The translations under genes were made by a program, and so were the position numbers. The notes beneath the pieces are model-generated. The model was not told where the DNA came from. It saw only the letters and a program-made list of their open reading frames with translations, and made no database searches. From Azolla caroliniana (Eukaryota > Plantae > Polypodiophyta), in the NCBI GenBank assembly GCA_043228905.1, contig JBHGNT010000003.1:22630001-22694000 (forward strand): a DNA stretch of 64,000 bases, in the 5' to 3' direction. Position 1 is the first letter of the stretch. The number at the start of each line of letters is the position of its first letter. Below, piece by piece: positions 28,146-41,256 of the stretch.

Positions 28146-29962
28146 TCACGTAGTCTTTGCTCTTTTGGAAGCAGGCGTCTTAGAGCTTGCTGTAGAAGCT
28201 TTCTTCTTCTTCGAAAGAGGAGCAGACGCCTTCTTTGCTGCAGCAGAAACAGGAGCTTTTTTCTTTGCAACCGGAACTGAAGCTTTTTTCACAGAAGTAG
28301 CAGAAGCCTTCTTTGAAGGTGAAGTAACAGATGTTTTCTTTGCAACAGGAGGCACAGAAGCCACAGCTTTCTTTGGAGGAGCAGCAACCGGAGCTTTCTT
28401 CTTCTTCCCAATGGTCGCAGACGTTTTCTTCTTCTTCGGAGCTGTCACGGAAGGTCTTTTTGAGGGAGATGTTGGAGAAGCTTTCTTTGCAACAGGAACA
28501 GAAGTTTTCTTTGCAGTAGAAGATACAGAAGTTTTCTTCTCTACAGCAGGTTTGGCTGGAGCAGCAGCTTTCTTTGCAGGCTTTGGTGTTGCCTTTGTCT
28601 TCTTCAATGGCTTCTTAGCAACTGCTGCAGTCGATGTAGTACTTTTCTTCTTCTTTGCTGCATCCCTCTTCACGTCTACTCTAGGCTTAGGTTCTGGTTT
28701 CACAGATGAAGAAGACGATGGTTTTTTCAGCGTCTCAGCAAGCTTGAAGGAATTTTTTATCTGGATGAGCTTTTTCTTCTCCACCAGCTTTTTCAACTGC
28801 ACAGAGAGAAGCTTCTTAAAATTCGATGGCAATCCAGTCTTGTATTTTGACTCGATGTGCTTCGCTATGGCAGGTAGGCTAGAACCGGTTCTCTCTTTAA
28901 GTGCAGCAATGGCTTCGATGATCATCTAAAACAGTATACAGAAAAGCATGGCAAATTAAATCAGAATAAGAATAATGAGGAAGAAAGGAACTGGCAAAGA
29001 AGTGTACCCAGCAATTTTCATTCACAAAAGTAACAAGCATAAACACAAATTAATGGCAATTTTCTAAACACAAAGAACAGCAGATATCTTTGAAATTGTA
29101 CAATGTTCATCGAATTTCAAAAACAGCAAATTAATGGTAGTTTATTATAATGATGGTCTGCCTATGTTACGATTTCGAACATTTCCTGGATAGAAACAGA
29201 CTACTCCAAACCCTGAATTCATACATATATAATGAGACTTGCAATCAAAAACCAAATGTATGACAAGTGTCTGACTTCGTTGGCAGCAATGGCTCAAGAG
29301 ACAGACAGAATTAGAGAAAAATGCCATAAAATATATAGTCGACCAGAAGAACATCAGAATTTTCATACTACAAACCCTTAACACATAACATGCTACATAC
29401 ACGAAATGTTTTTCTTATTATTCTCAAAAATCGAACTGACAACATACACCAAATGCATTACAATGTTTCAAGAAATGGTTTTCCGCGAATTCTCAAAATT
29501 CGAACTGAATTCATACGACAGACATTGCAATGCAGGCTTAGAATATCAGAAAAAAACATATACTTCCTAGGATTCATCGCAATAATATACTTCTCAGAGA
29601 CAGGAGAAACCCTGAATCTAACAAACTAAGAGACAACCTACCTGCATAGTTCATGGACCGATTACACAATCCAAAAGTACGAATTGCATAAAGTAGCGAC
29701 GGACAAGTAATTAAACAACAGGAGAACCAGAGAGAGAAGAAAACGAAGGACGATGCAGATAGAAAGAAATTGAACAAACCTCGAGGTAAGGAGGGTGAGT
29801 AGGCACAGTCTTGGATCGAGGTTTCTTCTCCTTGGGGGCTTTGACGGTTTTCTTGGTCGCAGGTTTGCTTCCGTCGTCAGCATTCTTGACTTCAGGAGGA
29901 GGAGCATCTGGCTTTGGAACGTCATTTTCGACAGTAGCAGCGGCAGCATCTTCAGCAGTCAT
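28146..29962 (-). CDS. H1: Linker histone H1, 320 aa, 2 exons
   Basis: Exon 1 29962-29780 ends ...THPPYLE. Exon 2 28925-28146 begins MIIEAIAALKERTGSSLPAIAKHI...KLIQIKNSFKL (GH1 domain), followed by a Lys/Ala/Pro-rich tail. GT-AG phase-0 intron. Confidence 0.97.
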
Positions 29963-30198
29963 GGCGACAAAAAGGAGCAGCAAAGAAGAAGAAGAAGAAG
30001 AAAATTAGGGTTAGGTTAGAATAGGCAAGGTGAGATTAGGGTTAGGATTTGAGGGCAAAGAAACGGTAGGAGAGGAAGAAGAAGAAGAAGAAAAATGAGG
30101 AGAAAAAAATCAAACTGTGTGCGAGAAAGGATCAATGGCGAGCTTCAGGAGAAACAAATTCATCGCTATGTAGTGGGAGAAGCCAACATGGGAGAAGC

Positions 30199-30228
30199 TG
30201 ATTGGTGGAAAGGCCCTCGGTGCGGATC
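30199..30228 (-). promoter_or_regulatory. Plant histone promoter type III element (octamer-N14-CCAAT)
   Basis: Minus strand reads GATCCGCA-N14-ACCAATCA against the known consensus GATCCGCG-N14-ACCAATCA: exact spacing, one mismatch. Confidence 0.8.
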
Positions 30229-32055
30229 GACCGTACGCCCCGAATTCAATCGGGGCCGTCCGATCTCGCATTTTATCCAACGGCGATCCCAGCCCCTTGC
30301 CCCCCCCCCCCCCCCCAACCCAATCCCACTTTCAAAGAGAAAAATAATGAACTTCATTTCATTTCTTCTTTTTGGTTTTTTTAGTTATTGTTGTGGGGAG
30401 GGGGGGGGGGGGGGGGGGAAGGGTTCATTTCATTGTGTGGAAAATAAAGACTCTTTTTTCTTCGCGTGGTGTGCTTTCTCTCTCTCTCTCTCTCTCTCAT
30501 TGAGACACACTCTTTGGACAAAGAACGTTGTTCAACCTCTGTCCGTTCCGGGCCTCCCCCTTCTGCCATAGACCCTCCGATCGCCTCTCCCCCTGCACCC
30601 CCTCCGTAGCTCTCTTTGCCCTCTTTCCAACCATCCTGCCCGCTCCCCCATCGGCCCCCTCCTCCACCGGCAATCTCGACTCTCGTCGGCTCGAGAAACA
30701 CATGTCTGAACCGCCCCCGACCCCCCTCCATCCATCCGTCCCTTCGCCTCCTCTGCTCTCTCCTTGCCCTGGCACGTCCCTCACGTAGTTCTTTACCTTC
30801 CCCCGTGCGGCATTCCCATGTTCCCCACACTGAGAACACGAAAATGCCTATCGTACCCGTCCCACTTAGCACACGAGGTGACACAAGTTCGGTCAAACCT
30901 CCCTCCATTGCACTTCGTTTCTCCCGATCGTCGATCTATCACATATTGATCATTTCGTGAGCCAAATATTGTGCATCTCTAGCAAGGAATTATAAATGCA
31001 TCCTTCGTGGGGATAAATGTTAGCATGTCATTTATTGATGGGAGTTCGGTTGCGATGTATTTGTCGATGTACTGTATAATAGTCTTTTAATAAGGTGTCT
31101 CTTGGTTGCATCCTCTATATCTTGCATTCGATCAATCCATTGTTGCATCGATATGTTTCCTAGGTTTGTAATCCCTCCCTTGCTTTATTCCTAATGACAC
31201 CCCAATCATGCATGATGATACATATGTTTGCCATCAAACGCAAATAATGGTGAGAGGTTAGTGGTAGTCATCTTTGGGTTTACATCAAGGTTGAGATTGA
31301 AGTGAAGTTAAGGTGCCTTCGTGCCATAGAGATAAAAAACTCATCAACGTAGTAAGAACCTGTTATATGCTCAACCTTGTAAGGTTGGGTCCCATACTTC
31401 TGTCAATATCGATATGACTTGGAACGGGATCATGTCAATGAAGCATGCATACTCTCTAACCAAACTCACCTCAATGCATACAAAATGAGCATAAACCTAG
31501 ATGAAATGAATGTGGATGCAATTGTAACTTCTAAATTGTATTGTTTGCAAGGCTAATTGTTATAGTTAGTAAGTGATGTTGATCCTTTACCACGATTTCT
31601 ATTTGCTACAAACCATGTAAAGATAGTGGAAACTAACTATCCATACAAAATGGTTATAAATTCTTCCATTAACAAAATATTGATCATGATTAGAGTTAGG
31701 AACATTGTTGATCGAAGAATTAATGAATATATTGAGTATATTGTAATGACAATATCAAAAAAATTGAGATGATAGAAATCTTGTACGCATCCTTGCATAT
31801 TCTTTAAGACATTGGGCTCATTTTTTTGTGCCTTGCATGGATGGAACCAAAGGAAAATGCCTAAGAGCAAATGGCATACCATAGTATCTCCTCAACATGA
31901 CAAACATTAAAGAAACATCAAGCAAATTTGTGAAAGGTGAATGAATGATAGAGATGCACGAGACACTAAAGAAACATTAAGGATTGAAAACATGGTAACC
32001 AATTCATAATTTAGTGAAGAGAGTATGCATATTGGTGCATGAGCAGTAGAAACTT

Positions 32056-32692
32056 TTTTTTTCCAACAATGGTTTATATTATGTCTAAAGCGATTTACAT
32101 GATACTTCGGCGTAGATATTTACCTTTTCAACTGGTCATAGACTGCCATTGACGTACATAAATCCCAAAGTAGTACCAAGAACACTTATACATAGCCACA
32201 TGCCTCATATTGGTGGAGGAAATACCTAGAGAGGTGGTTGAGATCTCCAACATATACAACCATTAACCATGTAGAATACATTCATTCATTCCCGTCTCTT
32301 CTTAAAAACCTCTTTCTTTCAAAATACTACATCTAAATCACCCTTGATAACATCATATTCTCCTTTTAGTACGTGCATCAAGGTTAGCCAAATCTCCTTG
32401 ACTATATCCACAACATTCCATTGAATTTGTTGAAATATCATTCGACATCTACTAGTCCATAAAACCCAGAATGTTATTGAACTAATTGTCTCCCAAACCA
32501 CCCCATTCTGTACTGAATTAATAGGCATACATGGCAACACTTCCTCAACATATCAACCTCTTGTATATAATGCAAAGTTAACCTTTTCTTTTTCATAATC
32601 TTGCACCTCACCCTTAATATCAACCCACATCATTGGCCCCCATTCATATACTCTAGAGCCATATACCTCATGCAAGAGACGTAATAACCTCG
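32056..32692 (-). mobile_element. 5'-truncated L1-type LINE
   Basis: ORF2 C-terminal-like 'WETISSITFWVLWTSRCRMIF'; poly(A) seen as a T-run at 32054-32062; 16-bp TSD TGAG(C/T)AGTAGAAACTT at 32040-32055 and 32693-32708. Confidence 0.8.
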
Positions 32693-33773
32693 TGAGTAGT
32701 AGAAACTTGATTACCTAAATAGTTCATTGTTAACCTTAATACAATTATCAATAGGACAAAATGAAATTCCCCAATAAGAATCTATTATCTTGATGCTCAC
32801 ATCAAATTACAACCCATATTGCTCCTTATATTATCACAAAACTATTTACTTCAGTTATTGAGTTAAAATCAAATATATGTCGAACATACCAAATACTTGA
32901 TAAGAATCTCTTAAATTAATGCTTAGTTTGTATTACAATGAGCATTGCTTGTGCACCCTTGATTATGAAATTAATTACTTTGAACACTAACATAAATAAA
33001 AATACACTCGTGGCACAATGAATGCTAATAATAACCTCTTATATTACAATTCAATTCAAATGGGTTATAACAATTCATATACATATATGGGGTTTTGAAA
33101 ACCTAATGATGTCATTACTAAGAGATTAACCCTATATTGACGAGCTCCCATAGTTAATCGCTTAGAGAATATCATTCATAGTCGATAGACTAATAAATGC
33201 ATTGATAGAGGAACATCGAGTCCAAAACATCTTGATCCTCCATATCTTCATGACCAATGGGAGAACTTGATATGGAAAGTATTATAGTCGTACATTATTG
33301 CAGGGAAGACATAGACGACAAAAATCAAGCTTATTCCAAGGACAAGTTGTGGGTAAATTCTATCAACGAAGCAATACAAGACCATTGACATTAAAAGAGA
33401 GAACTTCCTTCACACAACTCTTTCAAAATGGAAGCCTTTAAAGGAATATTTTCATCCTCTTCTTCCCAAAATCTTTTGCTCATACAAGTTCACGCCCTAT
33501 GCTAGATTTGGCATTCATGTCATTTCTTTCCTTCTAGTGTGTTTTTGACATTCATGTTTTGTGTTTTTTTTTAATATAAAATTTTACAACAAAGTATAGA
33601 TTTCTTCTTTTCTTCTTCCACATCATGGAGCACTAGTCTTGTATTAGGACCATAGCCTTGATCTTTCAGCTCAGAATTCAGAGTGCCACTACTCACGAGG
33701 AAAGAATTTATGAATTTCATCATTCACCTCAATCATGTTGCATCCTAGTCATTTCTTCACTCATCATTGGACC

Positions 33774-34059
33774 TGTTGGAAGCGGTCGTCGCGTGCGGAA
33801 CAAGAATCAATACTCTTCTTATGAAGATCTCAAGTAGGTAGCAAAACAGTAACAAATTATCAGGTAACTGTATTATTCTCTTAGAGTTACAATGGCCCAA
33901 TATACAAAATGAACAACCACACAACAAGGTTACAAGAGTCAATTGAAACACCAACTGACTTAGGGCAACTACCCTTTCCACTATTTACATAAATAACCTA
34001 AAACATAGTATGTCCAAATAGGATAGTGTAAATACGTCCATTATTTCTCGTATTCGACA
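33774..34059 (-). mobile_element. Solo LTR related to the copia LTR at 61190-61523
   Basis: TGTTG...CGACA termini; flanks GGACC/AGACT; shares blocks such as CACTATTTACATAAATA and AATACGTCCATTA with 61190-61523. Confidence 0.7.
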
Positions 34060-34379
34060 AGACTATCGTTTCTCTTAGCATTTATACATCATTCCACCTC
34101 CCATTTTGCATAAATATTTGAGAGCAAGATATACAAAGCTCCATTATTGGGCTTCATGATTTGTTTTGTTTTCCATTTTCAATGGTCACATATTTAGCTC
34201 CAATTAGCCAGTGCTAAAACTTACTACCTTATTGTAGTTAATATGCATCACCATTCACAATATTAGGATATGAGGTTTGAACCTCATACCATGCATGTAA
34301 ATAGATTTTATTTGCTACTAAATAAAGTTGAGTTAAAAACCACCCAACTCTCAAAAAAATTGTGCAAATGTAAGAGGAT

Positions 34380-34740
34380 TCTGAACACCACTCAAGCACC
34401 TTAGTGATGATACACTCATCTTGAGATATTTGGACCCTCAGAGTCTTCCTAGCTAAAGAGATCCACTTTCCTATAATATTATTTGCTCCTCTCTAATCCT
34501 TCATGTCGCGACTATGGCTAAAGTGATCCATGTTCCTAAGATATGATTTGCTCCCTTCTAATCCCTCATCTCAAAATTATGGCCCAACTTATGCGTTATA
34601 ACCCAAATGTTGTCCATGAACTGCCCACCATCATCTTTCCATCCACATAGAAGGATGAGTAAGATTGAGCTACTATGGGACATCCTTTAGTGTATAGGTA
34701 AAAATTCTCATTGTTGCGGGGAAATTGTTACAATTTCATA
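34380..34740 (-). pseudogene. Ancient Ty1/copia RT fragment (continuation of 53400-53633)
   Basis: Minus translation 'MKL*QFPRNNENFYLYTK...YVDGKMMVG...FEMRD*KGANHILG' matches the copia RT YVDD/FxMKDLG region. Confidence 0.65.
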
Positions 34741-34741
34741 A

Positions 34742-37092
34742 ATGCGTAAGTCTACAAAACCTATTGTCTGGAATGCTACACTAGACCTTGCCTTTAAGGA
34801 ACTCAAGGACCTAGTGTGCAAGGCTCCTTCACTTCTTTTACCTGATCCTTCAAAACCTTTTGAGGTTGAAACCAATGCAAGCGATTATGCTATAGGTGTT
34901 GTCTTATATCAAGATGGTAAACCAATAGCATTCGAGAGTAAGAAACTTGATTATGCTCAATGTCGATATACCGTTCAAGAAAATGAATTATTTGCAGTTA
35001 TACATGCGCTCAAAACATGGTGCCATTATCTTTATGGAAATCACTTTGTGGTAACTACGGACCACGAGTCCTTGAAATATTTTTGTGACCAACAAGACTT
35101 GAAAGGTCGTAAGGCACGATGGGATGATCTCATCCAGGACTTTGATTTTTCCATACGATATCGTAAAGGTTCCATGAACACTGTCGTTGATGCACTAAGT
35201 CGCATCCGTGAAGTTAACATGCTTAGCTTCACTGAAATAACATCAGATCTTTATGATCACCTTCGAGGAAAGTATCCTGATGATAGTTATTTCGCAAAAT
35301 ATTGGGCAAGAGTTGAGTCTGGAATAGACACCACCACATCCTCGAAGGAATACTTCCACATTGGTAACGGTCTGCTCTACCGTAATGGGAAGGTTTGTGT
35401 TCCAGATTTGCCTGAGGTAAAAAAGAGAATTCTTTTTTAATGCCATGCCTCAGCAGGGCACCCTGGAATACATCGTACACTCGTTCTCATTTCCACTCAA
35501 TTGACTTAAAGCCGCATGACTTTTACATCCCTTGGACATTCCCAATAATAAGTGGGAAAGTATATCCATGGATTTTATTGTTAGCCTTCCTCGCGCCCAA
35601 GAAGGCCATGATGCAATCTGGGTTGTGGTTGATAGACTAACTAAAATGGCCAGATTTATTGCTACTAAAACCACGGTAACAGCTCCTGAATTGGCTTACC
35701 AATTCGTTGACGAGTTATTTCGTTTTTATGGATTACCGATGGATATCGTGAGTGATAGAGATCCAAAATTTACTAGTGACTTCTGGACGCAAGTCTTTAA
35801 GAAGTTAGAAACTACATTGAGCATGAGCTCCACAGATCATCCTCAATTCGATGGACAAACAGAACGAGTAAATCAAATTATTGAGGACATGCTTCGAGCA
35901 TACGTTGGTGCAAAACCAACAAAATGGGAACGTTATCTCCCAATTTTGGAGTTTGCTGATAACAGCTCCAAGCATACGTCGACGGGATATGGTCCTTTTA
36001 TGTTGATGTATGGTTTTCAGCCACGAGCCCTCATTGATGTTAATATACATCATGACGAGTTGCGAAGTACGCAAAACTTTCTTCGGGATATGCAAGATAT
36101 GTTGCATATTGCACGAGATAATATAAAAACAGCTCAAGATAGAGCACGTTTTTATGTCGATCATCATAGGCAACCTCGTGTATTCAACCCTGGACAGAAG
36201 GTATTTTTACGTGTACCTCACAATTCTAAGACATTGTCTAAGGGTAAGTGCGCTAAGTTAGCCCCATGGTTTTGTGGACCTTTTACAATCCTCAAACGCA
36301 TTGGGTCATCAGCCTATCATCTTGCTCTTCCCGATGGCGTTGAAATTCATTTAGTTTTTCATGTGAGTTGTCTAAAAGAACTTCTAGGTTCTAGCGACAA
36401 TACAATTACAACTGAAACTCTGGTTACTTCTGAAGAATTATCTTCTAAACCACATGTACCAGAAAGAATTATCGATGTTAAAACAAAAAAAACCGTACTA
36501 AAGAAATCCGAGAATTTAAAATAAAATGGATGGATAAATCAATAAAAGCTGCCACATGGGAACGCGAAAATATTCTCAGAACTAACTTCCCTAACTTTCC
36601 AATGCAAGAGTGCAATGTTTTAAAGAGGGGGAGTATGTTACGGGCATGACCATATAATATCTCGTGGTGAGAATTTACCGTAGCATTCTATACATGTGGA
36701 TAAGTGTGAGGGTTAAACGAGAGTGTAAAGAAGGGGAGGACTACTTTTAATCCTCGGGATTGAGATGACCCATTAGGCCAAGTGTGAACTTGCCTGGGGG
36801 CCTTGGGTATCGCTATAAATAAGAGGCCTAACTACCCTCATTTCATCATCTTGTTGACTACGTCGAGACTCTGTCTTGTGGTGGGTCAACTCTTGTAGCG
36901 AGAGCGCCAGCACCATGGATGACTCGACGCCACGACGGTGGTATGGGACGCCGATCAAGGCTCGAGTCTGTCTCGATCCCTTCACTCGGGGGTGGTCGGG
37001 TGGATCGACACCCTTATTTCTCTCTCTCCTTTCTTTCTATTTATCTATATTCTATCCTTATCTAATGCTTACATTAGTTCATGTATCTAACA
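34742..37092 (+). mobile_element. Ty3/gypsy chromovirus, 3' half (RNase H, integrase, chromodomain, PPT, 3' LTR 36636-37092)
   Basis: FEVETNASDYAIG (RNase H), WESISMDFI/SDRDPKF/DGQTERVN (integrase), GPF...VFHVS, PERII...KIKW...ATWE (chromodomain). PPT AAAGAGGGGGAG; LTR TGTTA...TAACA followed by ATCCG. Confidence 0.93.
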
Positions 37093-39131
37093 ATCCGGCC
37101 TGTGTTGAGCATAACACAACAAGCATGAACCTCAAGGTAGAGCAACTGGACGTCAAGACGACGCACGATTCCACTAGGAAATGAGTTAGAGGGCAAGCTT
37201 ACTTAAATGAAGAACTTCTCCGAAGAGCAAAAGAATGAAATCTAACACCAGCCCCGAAAGAGACTTTACTCCCAAACTTGAGGAACTTATCTTCTTAACA
37301 TCTAGAGCATCGCGGAACCGAGGGACCCTGCTAAGATTCGTTGGGCGTGTCTACATGGCGACCTCGAAGAAGAGATGTAGATGCAACAACCGGAAGGATT
37401 CGTCAAGAAAGGGAAGGAGCACTTGGTGTACCGGTTGAAGAAGAGCTTATATGGACTGAAGCAAGCTCCCCGGCAATGGTATTGGAAGTTCGACTCCTTC
37501 ATGACCGATCAAGGATACCACAAGACGTAGGCTGATCATTGCATGTTCATGAAGAAGTTTGACGGAGGAGACTTCTTGATACTACTGCTGTATGTGGATG
37601 ACATGTTGATCGTCGGACCAGAGCGGATCAAAATTAGAAATCTGAAGAAGACCTTGAATTGAACCTTCTCAATGAAAGATTTGGGTCCAGCAAGACAGAT
37701 ATTGGGGATGCACATAGTCTAGGACCGGACGAAGAAACTATTATGGCTATCATAGGAGAAGTATGTGATGAAGGGGCTCCAACGATTCAGCATGTCAGAT
37801 GCTAAGCCGGTCAGGTCAACACTTCCGGCAAACAACAAGTTGTCTGGGAAGCAGAGCCCAAAGACAAAGGCAGAGAAGTTGGAGATGATGAAGATACCAT
37901 ACGCCTATGTCGTCGGAATCTTGATGTACGCAATGGTGTGTACCTGACCAGATATAAGATATGCAGTCAGAGTGGTCAACTGGTTCATGAGCAATCCGGG
38001 AAGAGAACATTGGACCGCGGTCAAGTGGATACTCTGGTACTTGAAAGGCACCTTGAGTATGTGCCTCCGATTCGGCTTAGGAAAACCCCAACTTGAAGGA
38101 TTCACGGATTCAGATATGTCGGTTGATGCGGATACCAACCGGTCTACATCCGGATATGTCATGACTTATATATGGGGAGTTGTATCATGGCAGTCGAGGT
38201 TGCAGAAGCCCGTTGCATTGTCGACAACGGAAGTGGAATATATGGCAACCGTGGAAGCCAACAAAGAGGTAATCTAGATGAAGGACTTCATCAGAGAGTT
38301 AGGGATCCAGTAGGAGAAATTCCGGCTTTACTACGACAATCAAAGTGTCATCCAACTCGCGAAGAACGTTGCATACCACTCTTGAACCAAGCACATCCAG
38401 AGGAGATATCATTGGCTCCAGGAGAAGGTAGAAGATAAAGAATTTTTGTTGACGAAAATCCATACAGAGGAGAACGAGTGGGACATAATGACCAAGGTGT
38501 TGTCAACCTACAAGTTGGATGTATGTCAGAGACAGATTGGACTGATGAGACATCCCATGCCGGAGTGAAGGGGGAGTTTGTTGGGAAATAGGTCCCTTCG
38601 GATGAGAACCAGTCGACTAGGAAGATAGGACGAAGGAAGAAACCGGACCAGATGGATTCGGAAGGGTATCCAGATACAAGATCGGATGGATCCGGAAGGA
38701 GTCCAACCGGATCTGGTATGAACCAGCAAATAGGAACATATTAGTAAATATGTTCAGACGTGACCATTGAGGTCATATTTGTAAATAGCCCCAAAGTTAT
38801 ATAAGTATAAATATAACTAGGGAAATACTATTTTAGGTGTATGTTGTTATCATTGTACAGAGAAACAAAGGAAGAGAGAGAGTGAGAGATACATAAGTAT
38901 TTTCTGTTGTAACCGCCGGAGGGCGAAGGTAGAGCTCAAGGTTGTTGCCTCTGGGTCTCACATTGTTGTACCTCTTCTCTATAGTGATCATGTTCGGAGT
39001 TCTGAGAACTCCCATGGTTTTTCTCATTTAGGGTTTTCCACGTAAACATCTTGTGTCTATCTTATTTCTATTATATGTTTTCTTCCTTTGAGTGTTTAAG
39101 ACTCGCTTGGGGCCGAGCACTATTCCTCACA
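37093..39131 (+). mobile_element. Ty1/copia element, 3' half (RT, RNase H, PPT, 3' LTR 38579-39131)
   Basis: QLDVKT, LHGDLEEE, SLYGLKQAP, YVDDML, GFTDSD and VALSTTEVEY motifs with stops. PPT GAAGGGGGAG; LTR TGTTGGG...CCTCACA followed by ATTTC. Confidence 0.93.
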
Positions 39132-39499
39132 ATTTCGTGTGCACCCATGCTCACCCTCGTTCATGACATCCACCCCCACCAAACCGCACATCCTCCGGCA
39201 TGTGCAAAGTATTGAAGCGGTGGGGATTCAGTCTTACTCTTCACTCGTCCTCCCCTGATCCGTCGCCAGTCCGGTCTTCATCTGACTCGTCGCCCTCGCC
39301 GACGCTCCTGTCTTCGATCTTCAATCTCCGGATCCGGATCCGCTTCGTACCATTTCTTGAATGCCTTGATTCGTTTCCCTGCAACTGGTACCACGATCCT
39401 CGTTTCGTCGAGCTCCGCAAGGTGGTATGTTGCATTGTCTTTTGCGCTCGTCACCATGTAAGGTCCAAACCACCGCCTCACAAATTTTCAGGTCGACCG

Positions 39500-39894
39500 T
39501 GTAACAACCAAGATCATTAATCCTAAAATAAAGAAATAAATGACACAATCATACTGAAAATACACGTTACCACCCATCCGCCCCCGCGCCAGAGTCGACA
39601 ACGCAAATGAGGAATCCCGATCTGTCCCATACCAGCCATGATCTCCACGTCAGGACCTTGTTAGATGACTAGTCCACATTAATGAGAGCTTCGTCAGAAC
39701 TACTCATGGCCCCCCCTCTAACTAAGGAGGGTATGCCCTATTTATAGGACCTAGGCCATGTAATGACATCTACTTGACCAATCATGTGTGGGGTACCCAA
39801 TGACACACATTAGGTCAGTCCAATAAAGTCGGCGACTCAGATATTATAGTATGATAGCCCCCAAATAAGCACGTCTAAACCAATGAACATTACA
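39500..39894. mobile_element. Solo LTR (395 bp) with 5-bp TSD
   Basis: TGTAA...TTACA termini; GACCG at 39495-39499 and 39895-39899; interrupts the old integrase. Confidence 0.88.
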
Positions 39895-41256
39895 GACCGG
39901 TGTTGGTTGTCGAGGTTGTTGTCGTAGACCAGCACCCAATCGCCTTCCTCGATCTTCCTAAGTCGGAGCCAATGCGTTCGGTCGAATCGGCCCTTGTTCT
40001 TTTTCCATGCTTCCTCTAGTCCCGTCGTTGCTCACTCAATGTCCTCTGGTCTTCGCTTGAGTTGTCAGATACGCGCTGTCAACAACTCCTCTCGGCTCAT
40101 TTCCCTTGTCCAATCGATTACCATCCATGAGGAGATTGTCCTTTTCACCGGCATGATCGGCTTCTGTCTGAACATGAGTTCGGCTTGCATGTATCCGGTT
40201 ACTGAACTGTGCGTAGTCCGGTCGGCCCATAAAGCATAAGGAAGTAGTCTCGGCCAGGTTCCGACTCGTCTGTCGCATGCTCGTACCAATGCTTTTCACA
40301 ATCGGCCTATGCCCATGCTTGACCTTATCGTTGGCCTCCAGATTGTACACCGTGGTGAGGGAGAGTTGGACCCCCAGCCAGTCAAATAGCTCCTCGACAT
40401 CTCGTGCGTCCAGCTCCCCTCGGTCAACCAATGATCTTCCTGACGCACCCGTATCGGCAAATCACGTTGTCGGGGTTACTACGCCCTTGCGTGTAGAAAG
40501 GAGGAGGGACCACGGGGGTCTCGAACCGAAGAGCGAGAGAGAGAGAAGAAAGAGAGAGAGACCCGATTACACAGAACCGAAGATCCGATTGCGCAGAACC
40601 GACGATTGCACAGGGACGCGGCCCAACAAACAGAGATCACAAATGAACGCCGACACAGATGGACGCAACAACGAGAGATAAGTACTTATGAATGCAAGAA
40701 AACAACAGACTAAAGTATTACAACCCACGGTGGGGCACAAAATAGATGCTAACGAAAACGAACAGGGCGGCGAACAGCTGCCGACCCCTGTATGTCGCGA
40801 CGCACAGAAGGGGAAAACAGGTCGGAGGTGCTGCAGGACGCACTCGGGCGTTCCACGGAACAGCGCAAGCCTCCTCGAAACCTGCACAGGTACGCGATGG
40901 AGCAGAAGACAGAGAGAGCAGGAGTGAGGGAGAAGCTCCGAAATCGGTTCGGCAGCACTTCGTCCTCTCCGCGGGAGATGCCCTTCTCCTATTCTCCCTC
41001 TTCCTTTTTATAGCCCGTCAAGCGGCCGTTTGGCATTAACTGCATACCAACCGAATCTGCCCACCTAGGATCCTCGTATGTACCTACTTCGTCCTTAGGT
41101 GCTTCTTGGCGCGCGTGTGTGTGTAGAGCCGTTTCCCACGCCTTGTTCCTCCGATTCCTCTTGTGGGCGGTTTTCTTCACGACATCCGCCCCCACCTAAC
41201 CGCGCATCCGCCGGCATGCGCCAAATTAAGTTGGCACGGAGAAAACCGGCCCGCCT

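Noticed and set aside
28165-28929. 254-aa Phe/Ala-rich + strand ORF
   Set aside because: Antisense shadow of the Lys/Ala-rich H1 exon (AAG/AAA codons read as TTC/TTT).
30095-30960. Pro/Gly-rich ORFs upstream of H1
   Set aside because: Low-complexity C/G runs and CT microsatellites in a promoter region; no domain or splice support.
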